From positions 192,001 to 256,000 of the forward strand of contig CAVQFQ010000021.1 in NCBI GenBank assembly GCA_963711835.1: a DNA stretch of 64,000 nt. The letters run 5' to 3'. The number at the start of each line of letters is the position of its first letter. The first letter of the stretch is position 1. The notes below the pieces were generated by a model. The model saw nothing but the letters and a program-made list of their open reading frames with translations. It was not told the DNA's origin and ran no database searches. The DNA is from an uncultured delta proteobacterium (lineage in GTDB: Bacteria > Desulfobacterota > RBG-13-43-22). Shown in pieces: positions 38,431-48,916 of the stretch. The translations under genes and the position numbers were made by a program.

Positions 38431-39363
38431 ATGATGAAAGTGGGAATTATCGGTGCCGGGACTATGGGGCCGGGCATTGCCCAATGCTTCGCCGTCAAAG
38501 GCTGGAAGGTGGCTCTTTACGACCTTAAGCCGGAAGCGCTTCAGACTGCCCTGTCCCGGATACATTCCAATCTGGAGGTCTTTATAGAAGCCGGCCTCCT
38601 GTTCCCGGAAGCAGCCGAAGCCGCCCTGAATCAAATCACCATGAAGGACGATCTTGCTTCCGCGGTTCAAGGGGCTGTCCTGGTCGTCGAGACGGTCAAT
38701 GAGGACCTGGATCTTAAACAGCGTCTCTTGGCCCAATTGGAGGAACTGGTCGCCTCGGATACTATTCTCTTGACCAACACCTCGGCCTTGAGCATTGGTT
38801 CCATCAGCCAAGGTTTAAAACACCCCGAACGGGTGATAGGCACCCATTTTTGGAACCCGCCGCAAATCCTGCCCTGTGTCGAGGTCATTAAGAGTCCTTA
38901 CACTTCAGACGAAGTGTTTAATAAGGTGGTTTCCCTGATGGCCGATCTGGGAAAAGAACCCATCCGGGTTCTCAAAGATGTGCCGGGCTTTGTCGGCAAC
39001 CGCATGCAGCATGTCCTGCAGCGGGAGGCCATGGATCTGGTGGATCAGGGGATTGCTTCGCCCGAAGATGTTGACCGGGTGGTCAAATTCGGCTTCGGTT
39101 TGAGACTGGCCTTGATGGGACCCCTGGAGCGGGCCGACCTGGGGGGCTTAGACATCACCTACCAGGTCCAGAAATATCTTCTGCCTTTTCTGTGTAATGA
39201 AACGCGGCCCTCACCCTTATTGACCCAGAAAGTGGCTGCCGGCCATCTGGGCGCAAAAACAGGCCAGGGCTATTTCCCCTGGCCGGAAGAAAAAAAAGAA
39301 CAGGCGGTCCGGGAAAGAGACCGCCTGCTGCTGAATCTTCTTCAACTCATAAAACAGCTGTAA
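38431..39363 (+). CDS. 3-hydroxyacyl-CoA dehydrogenase family
   Basis: GAGTMG, TNTS, GTHFWNP, PGFVGNR. Confidence 0.9.
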   Translation: MMKVGIIGAGTMGPGIAQCFAVKGWKVALYDLKPEALQTALSRIHSNLEVFIEAGLLFPEAAEAALNQITMKDDLASAVQGAVLVVETVNEDLDLKQRLLAQLEELVASDTILLTNTSALSIGSISQGLKHPERVIGTHFWNPPQILPCVEVIKSPYTSDEVFNKVVSLMADLGKEPIRVLKDVPGFVGNRMQHVLQREAMDLVDQGIASPEDVDRVVKFGFGLRLALMGPLERADLGGLDITYQVQKYLLPFLCNETRPSPLLTQKVAAGHLGAKTGQGYFPWPEEKKEQAVRERDRLLLNLLQLIKQL

Positions 39364-39402
39364 CCCCTTCTGCAAAAATGGAAGGACTTTTTCCCGGCTT
39401 CG

Positions 39403-39984
39403 TTACCGCAAACCGTCTTCGCCCTTAGCCTCTTCCTTTTTAAGCCCCCCCACCCGCGCATGGGGCCGGCCCCCGTCCGTGACGGCCACGGCCAGGACGA
39501 TCTCATCGGACTTGGGGGCATCGCCGATGGAAACCGTCAGGCCGTCGAAATGGGATCGGACAAAGGCCGCATCTTTATAGTGGACCGGGATATCAATAGT
39601 ATCTCCCATTTTTCCGATCTTTTTGACCGAGGGGATGATGGCCTTGCCGCCGCCCACGGCATTCCTTAAGGGTGTGCCCAATTTGGGATGGAGCAGGGCG
39701 GCGGCATGTTCCAGTTCACCTTTTTCCCCGACTATGGCGGCCTTGCCGTAGCTTTCCGGCTTCCGGTCTTTTCCCAGGGCCTCGACCGCCTTCTCGGACA
39801 AAATCCGGCCGATCTCTTCGCTAAAGTCTATTAGAGGATTCAGGTCCTCCTGGTACCTCCCGGCATAAGGATTCTTCAAGACCGCCAAGGCCGCCACCTT
39901 CCTTATCGGTTTTAAAGCCTTTTTTCCGCCGTCTGAAAATATTTCCTCAATGATGGTAACGAGTTTCCTGATTTCAATTTCCAT
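39403..39984 (-). CDS. DUF1185 (amino acid synthesis family) protein
   Basis: NPYAGRY, ESYGKAAIVG..GELEH, RSHFD, GRPHAR. Confidence 0.82.
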   Translation of the reverse strand: MEIEIRKLVTIIEEIFSDGGKKALKPIRKVAALAVLKNPYAGRYQEDLNPLIDFSEEIGRILSEKAVEALGKDRKPESYGKAAIVGEKGELEHAAALLHPKLGTPLRNAVGGGKAIIPSVKKIGKMGDTIDIPVHYKDAAFVRSHFDGLTVSIGDAPKSDEIVLAVAVTDGGRPHARVGGLKKEEAKGEDGLR

Positions 39985-40822
39985 GATCCACCTCCAACTG
40001 TATGGTTTTACTATGGTGTAGAGTGGAGACGATTATCCCTTTAAGAATGATTACGGCTTCGCTGATAGCGCCTTCCAGCTTCAGCCTTGAGGCCGCTTGC
40101 AGACCCTCCTCCAGGGCGGCTTGGACCTGTTCGTCTTTCAACTCCCCAACCTGAACCGTTACCAGCTCATCGGGAATGTCGGTCCGGGGGTCCAGATTTT
40201 CAGCCCTCTGACGTATAATTCCCGGGGCCTTCACATTGGTCCGATTGCAGATAAAAGTGGCGGCCGCATCGGCCAGAGCCGACTTTTCCGCTATAACCGT
40301 TCCCATTTCTGCAATCCCCAGGGTAAAGCTTCTCCCGCCAAATCCGCTGGTAGCCACTCCGAACTCTTTTAAAGCCCCGATCCGAAGGGTATAAGGCAAC
40401 CCTCGACCCAATTGGATATCTCCCAGTCCGATTCGCAGCGTTCTTCTTCTTTCATTCCAGATGGATATGTCGCCGCCATTATTTACCGAAACATAATCCA
40501 AACCCTGCTCCTTGAGATCGGCGACCAGTCGATCGGCCACCGCACCGGCCACAGCCGCCATAGGCGTCAAGGAGCCTTCATCGACCCTCTTGACGGCCTC
40601 AACCATATTTCGCCCGACGGCAGGCAGATGATCCATCTTTTTAATTTTGTATGCCTTTTGCCTGAGGATTGGCAGGCAGTCCCTGATTTCCTCCAAAATA
40701 CTTCGTATCTTCTGTTCCAGGTCATCCCGGGAAAACTCGAAAGGGATCCCCTCTCTTTCCCCGGTGACAACAACGCTGACCGGACCAACTTCAACAAAAA
40801 ACCATAGTGGTACTAGCGGCAT
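39974..40822 (-). CDS. UPF0280/ApbE-like flavin transferase
   Basis: TPMAAVAGAVAD, NNGGDI, ATSGFGGRSFTLG, ADAAAT. Confidence 0.85.
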   Translation of the reverse strand: MPLVPLWFFVEVGPVSVVVTGEREGIPFEFSRDDLEQKIRSILEEIRDCLPILRQKAYKIKKMDHLPAVGRNMVEAVKRVDEGSLTPMAAVAGAVADRLVADLKEQGLDYVSVNNGGDISIWNERRRTLRIGLGDIQLGRGLPYTLRIGALKEFGVATSGFGGRSFTLGIAEMGTVIAEKSALADAAATFICNRTNVKAPGIIRQRAENLDPRTDIPDELVTVQVGELKDEQVQAALEEGLQAASRLKLEGAISEAVIILKGIIVSTLHHSKTIQLEVDHGN

Positions 40823-40831
40823 AGCTGCAAA

Positions 40832-40950
40832 AAATCCGAAATATCGAACTCCGAATTTCGAAAAAATTCAATGCCAAGACACGAAGTCAATATCATTGTT
40901 TCGAGTTTTAATTGGCAATTGAACTGTTTCGAAATTCGAATCGGATTCCA
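40832..40950. repeat. Palindromic heptamer-periodic element (CGAAATT type)
   Basis: AATCCGAAATATCGAACTCCGAATTTCG ... TTTCGAAATTCGAATCGGATT. Confidence 0.6.
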
Positions 40951-41000
40951 ATTATGCTCTGTCCACTCTAAAGCGGCTTTACAACACTATCTCACACCCA

Positions 41001-42503
41001 TCACTTTAATACTTCCTCCACCGGCCGAACCGCTTCGATATGACCGCCGATCTTCTTGAAAGTCTTCAGGGTCATAGTATATTCAATGGGGAGGACGAAG
41101 GAAGGTGTAGGGGTCAAGTAAATACTTCCGTATTTTATCCGGGCCACATCCACCAGAAAATTGATTCCGCCTCCGGGAAAGATGAATGGCCGGGCTCCAC
41201 CGATGGTGACCCTCACGCGGCCTTCATGAACAGCCCGGGTCAGCTTAATCGGATTCTTGGTCACACCGGCCCGGGCCGATCCACCCACACCGGCAGCAAA
41301 GACGGCGCTGACTGTGGACCTTTCGCAGGAATTCCGCAACACCTCAATGAATTTTTTGGCTTCCGGCGAGGCTTCTTCCTTAACCAATCGGCCGTTTTTC
41401 ATCCGGTAAAAAGCAAATTTACGCCCTGTGGTCTCCGTAATAAGCAGGGTCATCCCCTCAGCGCATTTATGGGGATCAATATCTTTGATGACCTCGAGGG
41501 GATTTTCGATATTCGTCCCTCCCCATCCGCTGCCTTTCTCGAGGAAATAGCGCCCATCGGTGCTTTTCCGTCCCTTGATGGCGATCCCGGACCTCGGTTT
41601 GTTCAAATAGCGTCCTGAAAAGTGTTCGCTGAATAATCCGGTAATGTGGCCGTCAAGCACCACCACTTCATCAGCGGCCTTGAACATATAGGGGGCAAAA
41701 AGGCCGGTGGTGGCGCTTCCGCAGCCCACCCGCATCTTTTTCTCAGAAAGGCCGTTTACTTTCGGGGCCTGGCCCAAAGCCAGTTCCACCACGGCGCCAT
41801 CCTCGACCTCGAACCGGACTTTCTTTCCCTGCAAGATTTCAAAAATAGTCTTGGCGGCAAAGAGCCCATCCGAAGAGGTTAGTATGTTAACACCTCCCAG
41901 CGAGAGCATCTTGGACCCGTATTCCTCGGTACAGAGGTGGCCCACCTGCCTTTTGCCCCGTCGCCGGACATAGACCTTCTTGCCTTCCTGTCCCAGGAAA
42001 AGGTCGGTATCGATTTTTAACTTCAGGCCGCTGTAACTCAGCGGGGCCTCGGTTACAACCGTAATGATATCCAGGCCATCCCGTACCCCACTGACGATTA
42101 AGGGAGAAGGTCTAAAATCAGGATAGGTCGTTCCCGACCCGATCCCAGTGATCAAGGGTTGCTCGATGGTTTTATCGTCTGTCCCTTTGACTAGTTCCGC
42201 CACTTCTTCAAAGGTATGCACCCGGCCTTTCCGGGTGATCAGACCTTTTTCATTGCTGTAGCGGAGGCAAGCCCCCAAGGCCCCGTCTGGAATCCGGCAC
42301 ATGATGGGGCAGGCTGTACACATGGGCTTGTCTTCTGCCGGTTCAGGGCTTAGAACCCCTTCGGGACAGACCTTCATGCAGGTCCGGCATTCGACACAGC
42401 CTTCATGGATTTTTATTTTTTTATTTTCAACAGCGATCAGACCGAGAGGGCAGACTTCCTCGCAAAATTTGCAGCCCTTGCATTTTTGAAGGTCAACAAT
42501 CAT
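41001..42503 (-). CDS. hnr: 6-hydroxynicotinate reductase
   Basis: N-terminal 2x[4Fe-4S], CTACPIMC..GAC.RY, GSGTTYPD, MRVGCGSAT, GGSARAG, PGGGI; next to enamidase. Confidence 0.85.
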   Translation of the reverse strand: MIVDLQKCKGCKFCEEVCPLGLIAVENKKIKIHEGCVECRTCMKVCPEGVLSPEPAEDKPMCTACPIMCRIPDGALGACLRYSNEKGLITRKGRVHTFEEVAELVKGTDDKTIEQPLITGIGSGTTYPDFRPSPLIVSGVRDGLDIITVVTEAPLSYSGLKLKIDTDLFLGQEGKKVYVRRRGKRQVGHLCTEEYGSKMLSLGGVNILTSSDGLFAAKTIFEILQGKKVRFEVEDGAVVELALGQAPKVNGLSEKKMRVGCGSATTGLFAPYMFKAADEVVVLDGHITGLFSEHFSGRYLNKPRSGIAIKGRKSTDGRYFLEKGSGWGGTNIENPLEVIKDIDPHKCAEGMTLLITETTGRKFAFYRMKNGRLVKEEASPEAKKFIEVLRNSCERSTVSAVFAAGVGGSARAGVTKNPIKLTRAVHEGRVRVTIGGARPFIFPGGGINFLVDVARIKYGSIYLTPTPSFVLPIEYTMTLKTFKKIGGHIEAVRPVEEVLK

Positions 42504-42586
42504 AAAAAGGCCCCATAATTTTCCTTAGCTTCTTTCTTTACCGAGTTTTAGAATTTATTTCTAACATTGGGACCGACATAACCTTT

Positions 42587-42704
42587 AAATCCGAAACAAG
42601 CACGAAGGTCCAAAATTTAAATTACCAAAACAAAAACTTTTAAAATTTTGAGATTTGGTCATTTGAATTTGTTTCGGATTTCGATATTCGGGTTTCGAGT
42701 TTTA
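42587..42704. repeat. Palindromic heptamer-periodic element (CGAAATT type)
   Basis: AAATCCGAAACAA ... TTGTTTCGGATTTCGATATTCGGGTTTCGAGTTT. Confidence 0.65.
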
Positions 42705-43850
42705 AGTCGCTTTTCTATTTGGAGGCGGTGTATTCCGGCTCACCTGGGTCTTTATAAGGCCATCAATCAAGACCATGGCGATCCCCGGGATATCCCCGGC
42801 CTCGATGGCCTCTTTGGCATCTTTCCCGACCGAACCCATAGGGGCGTCAATAATCTGCAGATCGGCTTCGTCCCCAGCCTTGATCCTGCCGTGAGGCAAC
42901 GAAAAAACGTGCTGGGTGTTTCCCGTGGCCAGGCATACAGCCGCTTCCGCCGGGATATCGCCCAAGGCCGAGAGAAAATTGACCATCCTCCAAATCCCCA
43001 AGGGGATGACGCCGGTGCCGGAGGGCGCATCATTGCCGAGGATAAGCCTGGATAGGATCTCTTTCTCTTTCATATACCTTGCAATTCCAAGGGCCGTCTT
43101 GGGATTGCCACAATGCACAATCTCTATGGCACAGCCGGTCTTATCAATCACCCGTCGGGCCTCATCCAGAGAGATACTCGTAGGCCCCCCATTTAAATGA
43201 CAAGCCACGGTAGGATTGGCTGTCAGGACATCATCGCAGGTAACGGTGGCGCTGCCGGGAATGGAGGTGCCGCCCACATGCATCAGGACCTTCATGCCGA
43301 CCTTCTTGGCCCATTCTACCATGATTTTAGCCTCTCCGGCAGCCTTTACGCTGCCGAGGCCAATCTCCCCCACCAGCCAGACACCGTTTTCGGCGAGCTC
43401 TTTGAAGTCTTCTTCGATCAAGCCCTTTTCCAGAATCAGGGCCCCGCCGTAGACCTTCACACCCGAGGGTCTCAGTTTGGCAAAAGATTTCTGGGCCAGG
43501 ACGGCCAGGGCCTTTGTTCCGGCCCGGTCAGTGGGCCGCCCGGGCAGATGGACCTCCCCGGCTGAGATCATGCTCGTGACACCGCCGTGCAGGCTGCTGT
43601 CGATAAAACTCAACTGGTTCTGCCTGGGGGTAAAGTCCCCGAAGACCGGATGGGCATGGGAATCAATGAAGCCCGGGCAGACTGTCATCCCATTGGCATC
43701 AATGGTCTTTCCCGCCTCGAAGGAATTGCCTCTTCCAATGGCTTTAATTTTCCCATCCTCGATGAGAATAGAGGCCGGCCCTTCTATCAATGGATTGTTC
43801 AAATCGCCGGTAAAAATGGTCCCGATATTCGTGATGCTTAAACTGCTCAT
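42702..43850 (-). CDS. ena: Enamidase (amidohydrolase)
   Basis: PGFIDSHAHPVFGDFTPRQ, SAGEVHLPGRP, HLNGGPT, GNDAPSGTG. Confidence 0.88.
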   Translation of the reverse strand: MSSLSITNIGTIFTGDLNNPLIEGPASILIEDGKIKAIGRGNSFEAGKTIDANGMTVCPGFIDSHAHPVFGDFTPRQNQLSFIDSSLHGGVTSMISAGEVHLPGRPTDRAGTKALAVLAQKSFAKLRPSGVKVYGGALILEKGLIEEDFKELAENGVWLVGEIGLGSVKAAGEAKIMVEWAKKVGMKVLMHVGGTSIPGSATVTCDDVLTANPTVACHLNGGPTSISLDEARRVIDKTGCAIEIVHCGNPKTALGIARYMKEKEILSRLILGNDAPSGTGVIPLGIWRMVNFLSALGDIPAEAAVCLATGNTQHVFSLPHGRIKAGDEADLQIIDAPMGSVGKDAKEAIEAGDIPGIAMVLIDGLIKTQVSRNTPPPNRKAT

Positions 43851-43943
43851 CTTCACTCCTTTTAAAATGTTTTTTTGACCGTTTCCCCAAAAAGGCTGAA
43901 TCAGATTTGCAGCCACCTTTAATTTCTCCCGAAGGGGGAGCGG

Positions 43944-44019
43944 TTTTCCCTTGCCGGCCCTCTCACCGGCAAGGGAAAAAATCTATCTTCTCTGCGTCCT
44001 TTGCGTCTTTGCGGTGAAA
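43944..44019. repeat. Hairpin with CCCTCTCA loop plus conserved 34-nt tail
   Basis: TTTTCCCTTGCCGG-CCCTCTCA-CCGGCAAGGGAAAA, then a tail identical to 25793-25826. Confidence 0.8.
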
Positions 44020-44032
44020 AGATCTGTTTCTC

Positions 44033-46189
44033 CTAACACGGCCTGTTCTTTTTCTTTTCCAGCAGCCCTTTCAGCCTTTCCATGTCGCACGGCAGCTCAA
44101 AGGGCCTTACACCCACGGCATCCTTAATCGCATTGATGATGCTGGCGGCCTGAGGGATGAGAGCCGGTTCCCCGACGCCTTTAGCGCCGAAAGGACCGCT
44201 CGGTTCTTCATCCTCGACGATAAAGACCTCCATCTCCGGCATATCCAAGGCCGTCGGCAGGTAATAGGTATTAAAGGACTCCGTCTGGAAAGGCTTGTAC
44301 TCCTCCATCAAAGCCAGCCCAATCCCCATGGCAATCCCACCATAGATCTGCCCCTGGGTGGCCTTCACATTGATGGCCTGGCCGACATCGTGAGCCGCGT
44401 AGACCTTGGCAACCCTGCAAGCACCGCTGATCTCATCCACCTCCACTTCGGTCATGTGGGCGGCAAAGGCATAGGTGGCATAGGGGCTTCCCTGGCAGGT
44501 CCGAGGATCGAGGGCTGTGGTAGGCGGGTCAAAGAAACTCTCGAAAATCAATGAGCGGCGGTCTTTCATAGAATTCACAATCTCCTTCAATCGCCGTCCC
44601 TGATAATAACCTTCCGCTTCCAAAAAGACCCTCAGGTCCTTAGCCGCATTAAAAACGGCCCTTCCGGATATGTAGGTCTGACGGCTGGCGGAAGATGAAC
44701 CGGCATCCCGCGATGTATCGGTATCCCCCCGGACCAGGTTAATTTTTTCGCCTTCCAATTCAAGAACCCGGCAGGCGATCTGGGTCAGGACCGTATCGGA
44801 TCCCTGTCCAATCTCGCAGACGCCGGTGTGCAGGGCCACCTGGCCGTCATCGGTCAGAGAAAGCGTTGCGCTGGAAGGATTGGATACCCCGGTGTTGCCG
44901 ATGCCGTAGAACATACTGCCTAATCCAAAGCCCCTATTATCCACGGTCTTTTGCCGCTTTCTCCAGAAGGGTTCGATCCGTTTCAGGGTTTCCAAATAAC
45001 CCACGCTATTCTCCAGAACCTGGGAGGTGGCGGTCAGGGATCCTTTTCTCAAACCGTTCTTGATTCGAAGATCCAGGGGATCGATTTCAAGGGCGGAGGC
45101 CAGCTCATCCATCTGGGCCTCATGGGCAAAGGCCAGTTGCGGCACGCCGAAGCCCCGCATGGCCCCGGAGATGGGGTTATTGGTGTAAAACATCCGGCTG
45201 TCCACCTGGACATTCGGCACCTCATAAGGGCCGGTGGCATGAATAGCAACCCTCAGACAGACGGTTTCACCATAGGAAATATAAGGGCCGGTATCTCCGA
45301 TAATATGGACCTGAACAGTTGTCAAGGTCCCATCCTTCTTGGCGCCGCTCTTGTATTCAATATGGAGCGGATGCCTCTTGGTCTGGGCCAGGAAGCTTTC
45401 CTCCCGGGTATAGCGCATGGCCACCGGCTTCCCGGTATGATAAACGGCCAGGGCCAGAAAACCCTCCACCGTCACATCCAGCTTGCCGCCGAAACCGCCT
45501 CCGGTCGGCGCCTGGATGACGCGGATATTCTCCTCCGGCATGGCCAGGATTCGAGAAATCTCCTTTCGCTTGTAATGTACATTTTGAGTGGAAGAAATAA
45601 CGGTCAGGTGTTTCCGATCATCCAGGAAACCGATGCCGGCCTCGGTCTCCAGATAGGCATGATCCAGCCAGGTGGTTCTGTACGTATGCTCGATGATGAT
45701 ATCGGAATCCTGAAAACCCTTTTCCACGTCCCCTTTTTTCAATTTTCGGTGGCTGAGGAGATTGCCTGTATCATGGATACATGTCTGTGAATCCCGGGAG
45801 GCGAAGGGATCCAAGATGGCCTCGATGTCTTCAAATTCAATCCGGACCGCTTGGCCGGCCCTCCTGGCCGCAGCTTCATCCCTGGCGACGATGATCAGGA
45901 TTGGTTCGCCTTGATAGCGGACCCGATCCTTGGCCAGAAGAGGTTGATCCTTCTTGATGGCCCCGAAAAGGGGCTCTCCGGGAATATCTCGGTGGCTCAA
46001 GACCCTGACAACCCCTTCGGAGGAAAGAACGCCCCGGAGATCGATATGGCGGATCCAGGCATGAGGCCTTGGGCTGCGAAAAACATAAGCAAAAAGCATA
46101 TCATCGGTTTTCAGATCATAGGCAAAGGCGGTTTTGCCCATGACCTTGTCGCGGGAATCCACCCTGTCCATATCCGAATGGAAGGCCAT
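44033..46189 (-). CDS. Nicotinate dehydrogenase-like molybdopterin subunit (NdhL+NdhM equivalent in one chain)
   Basis: GGGFGGK, GAMRGFGVPQ, YGIGNTG, SSASRQT, GAKGVGE; context. Confidence 0.85.
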   Translation of the reverse strand: MAFHSDMDRVDSRDKVMGKTAFAYDLKTDDMLFAYVFRSPRPHAWIRHIDLRGVLSSEGVVRVLSHRDIPGEPLFGAIKKDQPLLAKDRVRYQGEPILIIVARDEAAARRAGQAVRIEFEDIEAILDPFASRDSQTCIHDTGNLLSHRKLKKGDVEKGFQDSDIIIEHTYRTTWLDHAYLETEAGIGFLDDRKHLTVISSTQNVHYKRKEISRILAMPEENIRVIQAPTGGGFGGKLDVTVEGFLALAVYHTGKPVAMRYTREESFLAQTKRHPLHIEYKSGAKKDGTLTTVQVHIIGDTGPYISYGETVCLRVAIHATGPYEVPNVQVDSRMFYTNNPISGAMRGFGVPQLAFAHEAQMDELASALEIDPLDLRIKNGLRKGSLTATSQVLENSVGYLETLKRIEPFWRKRQKTVDNRGFGLGSMFYGIGNTGVSNPSSATLSLTDDGQVALHTGVCEIGQGSDTVLTQIACRVLELEGEKINLVRGDTDTSRDAGSSSASRQTYISGRAVFNAAKDLRVFLEAEGYYQGRRLKEIVNSMKDRRSLIFESFFDPPTTALDPRTCQGSPYATYAFAAHMTEVEVDEISGACRVAKVYAAHDVGQAINVKATQGQIYGGIAMGIGLALMEEYKPFQTESFNTYYLPTALDMPEMEVFIVEDEEPSGPFGAKGVGEPALIPQAASIINAIKDAVGVRPFELPCDMERLKGLLEKKKNRPC

Positions 46190-46192
46190 ACC

Positions 46193-47578
46193 TTATTGAC
46201 TCCTCAACACCTTTTCCAGCATTCCTCGCGCTACTGGAATCTTATAGGCAAAGGAAGGCCTCATGCCGGTGATTTCCCTGATTTCCTGAACCGCCATCTC
46301 AGCCGCCTCGATGATGACCTCCCTGGTTTTAGGTTTTCCCTTCAAAAAGGCTTCTGCTTTTCCGGCTCGAAAAGGGATGGGGGTACAGGAGCCGACGGCC
46401 AACCTTACATCCCGATAAATCCCTTCTTCCTCTTGAATAGCCCAGGCAAGAGAAATCCTCGAGATGGCCCAGGCCGCCCGTTTAATCACCCTCTCATAGC
46501 CCTCGCGATACCCTTCCAGGGACTCCAACTCCACTGCGGTTACTAATTCATGGCGATCAATTCGGCTACGATAAGGGGCTGTGATAAAATCCTTAAGCCG
46601 GCAGGTCCTTTTTCTAGCCCCGGTTTCCAGGGTAAGCCGAGTGTCGTGGATAAGAAGGGGGGGAATGGTGTCGGCCGCCGGAGAGGCATTGACCAGGTTG
46701 CCACCGATGGTTCCCATGTTGCGGATTTGCGGGGAACCGACCCAACCACAAGCCAGGGAAAGACTTCGGGCTTTTGCCTTGATATCCGGATCTCTATGGG
46801 CTTGGGCATGAGTGACCGCAGGCCCTATTTCAATCTTGCCATTGGCCGGGGTGATCCTTTTAAGCTCATCCAAAAGGGCTATATCCAGGAGGGACTGTTT
46901 CTCCTCGGACTTACGAAGCCTGATCAGGAGATCGGTCCCCCCGGCAATGACCGCAAGATCCTCATGGGCAGAAAGAAAAGCCAGGGCCTCGGCCTTGGCC
47001 TTGGGGACCAATACCTGAGGCCGCAACTTGTTGGAAATAACCGTTGCCCTTTCAATAGATCTGGGTTGGTTTGAAGAAACCAAATTGTCGGTAGTTGGCT
47101 TGCCCCCTTCCTGTTTTTGCATGACCCTGGCCGCGTCTTCAATGGCTTCGACGACCTGAACATAGCCGGTGCAGCGGCAGAGATTGCCGCTGATGGCCTC
47201 TTTGATTTCCTGCCGACTGGGTCTTTGATTCTTCAAAAGCAGGCTGTAGGCTGAAAGCAGCAGGCCCGGAGTGCAGTAGCCGCACTGGACGGCCCCCCAA
47301 TAAACAAAGGCCTCCTGAAGGGGATGGAACAAGCCGTCCTGGCTCAGATATTCCACGGTTTTGACATCCCGGCCCTGGACTTTCGAGGCCAGGGTCAAAC
47401 AGGCATAGTGAGGTTCGTCGTCGATCAGCACCGTGCAAGTCCCGCATTCCCCGATGCCGCAGCCTTCCTTGACGCTTTTGACAGCCAGTTTGTCGCGCAA
47501 GGCGGAGAGTAAAGTCTCGCTGCCCGACACCTCCAGGGTTACTGCTTTCCCGTTTAGATGAAAATTGATTTGTTGCAT
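46193..47578 (-). CDS. Fused 2x[2Fe-2S] + FAD subunit of the Mo hydroxylase
   Basis: GCGIGECGTC, QCGYC, CRCTGY, then IAGGTD, QIRNMGTIGGN. Confidence 0.88.
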   Translation of the reverse strand: MQQINFHLNGKAVTLEVSGSETLLSALRDKLAVKSVKEGCGIGECGTCTVLIDDEPHYACLTLASKVQGRDVKTVEYLSQDGLFHPLQEAFVYWGAVQCGYCTPGLLLSAYSLLLKNQRPSRQEIKEAISGNLCRCTGYVQVVEAIEDAARVMQKQEGGKPTTDNLVSSNQPRSIERATVISNKLRPQVLVPKAKAEALAFLSAHEDLAVIAGGTDLLIRLRKSEEKQSLLDIALLDELKRITPANGKIEIGPAVTHAQAHRDPDIKAKARSLSLACGWVGSPQIRNMGTIGGNLVNASPAADTIPPLLIHDTRLTLETGARKRTCRLKDFITAPYRSRIDRHELVTAVELESLEGYREGYERVIKRAAWAISRISLAWAIQEEEGIYRDVRLAVGSCTPIPFRAGKAEAFLKGKPKTREVIIEAAEMAVQEIREITGMRPSFAYKIPVARGMLEKVLRSQ

Positions 47579-47608
47579 GACATTTTTTGCACCGCCCACT
47601 CGTCACGC

Positions 47609-48916
47609 CTATCTGCCCATCTGGGCCGGAAGGATGGTTGCAATCACCGGGAAAATAGTCAAAATGATGGTCACCGCAAAAATGGCCAGGAGAAAAGGCA
47701 TGGCCCCCTTGAAGACCTCTTTCATCGGCACATCCCGGATGATGCCGGCAATGGTATAGACATTCAGTCCCACCGGAGGAGTGATCAGACCGGCATTCAT
47801 CATCAGGACGCAGATGACCCCAAACCAGATGGGATCGAACCCCAGACCCACTATGACCGGAAAAATCACCGGCATGGTCAGGACCATCATGGACACGGCA
47901 TCCAGGAAACAGCCCAGGATCAGGTAGATGCCCACCACAATGGTCAGGACCAGGTATTTGGAAACCCCCAACCCGGCGATCCAGGTTGAAACCGCCATGG
48001 GAATGGTGGACAGGGCCAGAAAATAGCTGAACATATTGGCCCCGGCTACCAGAAAGAGGACCATGGCCGACACCCGGCCCGTTTCAAAAAGGGAGCCGAC
48101 AAAATCTTTCCAGGAAAGGGCCCGCTTCAAGACCGCGATGATCAGCAGAGAGATGGCGCCGATACCGCCGGCCTCAGTCGGGTTCAGATAACCCAGGTAC
48201 AATCCCCCGATGGTCAGAAAAAAAACCAGCAGGGTCTCCCAGATACCGCCGAAGGCCAGGAGCTTTTCCTTCCAGGTGGTCCTTCCCGGCGGGGTCGGGG
48301 CAACATCCGGGTTGATCTTGACCCAAAGAACAATGATGGCGATAAACAAGGCCGAAAGCAGCAGACCCGGAAGCATGCCGGCGATCAGGAGCTTTCCGAT
48401 GGACTGTTCGGTGAGCATCCCATAGACCACAAAGCCGATGCTGGGAGGGATGAGAAAATCAATGGTGGCCCCGGCGGCTACGATCCCTGCGGCGAATTTC
48501 GGCGCATAATTAAAGCGCCGCATCTCGGGGATGACCGTCTTGGCAAAGGCCGCCGAGGTGGCCACCGAGGAGCCGCTGATGGCCGAAAAGCCTGCGATGG
48601 CGCCTATGGTGGCGATGCCCAGTCCTCCGGGAAATCGCCGGAACCACTTGTCAAAGGTATCATAGAGTTTGGTAGTGATCCCGGAATTGTCGGCAAAGCC
48701 GCCCATGATGACGAAAAGCGGAATAATGCTAAAGGGATAATAGGAGACCGTACTGTAGAGGGTTTGGGCGACCATGGGAAGCGCCGCCTCCAGGGAGGCC
48801 AACTTCCAGACTCCCAGGAAACCGACCAACATCATCACAAAAGTGATCGGCATTCTTATGAAAAGAAGAACGACCAGGAGAAGACAGCCTAAAAAACCGG
48901 TGGTTATCGGGTCCAT
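47609..48916 (-). CDS. dctM: TRAP large permease
   Basis: IPLFVIMG, AISGSS, LIPPS, PTEAG, ITPPVG. Confidence 0.93.
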   Translation of the reverse strand: MDPITTGFLGCLLLVVLLFIRMPITFVMMLVGFLGVWKLASLEAALPMVAQTLYSTVSYYPFSIIPLFVIMGGFADNSGITTKLYDTFDKWFRRFPGGLGIATIGAIAGFSAISGSSVATSAAFAKTVIPEMRRFNYAPKFAAGIVAAGATIDFLIPPSIGFVVYGMLTEQSIGKLLIAGMLPGLLLSALFIAIIVLWVKINPDVAPTPPGRTTWKEKLLAFGGIWETLLVFFLTIGGLYLGYLNPTEAGGIGAISLLIIAVLKRALSWKDFVGSLFETGRVSAMVLFLVAGANMFSYFLALSTIPMAVSTWIAGLGVSKYLVLTIVVGIYLILGCFLDAVSMMVLTMPVIFPVIVGLGFDPIWFGVICVLMMNAGLITPPVGLNVYTIAGIIRDVPMKEVFKGAMPFLLAIFAVTIILTIFPVIATILPAQMGR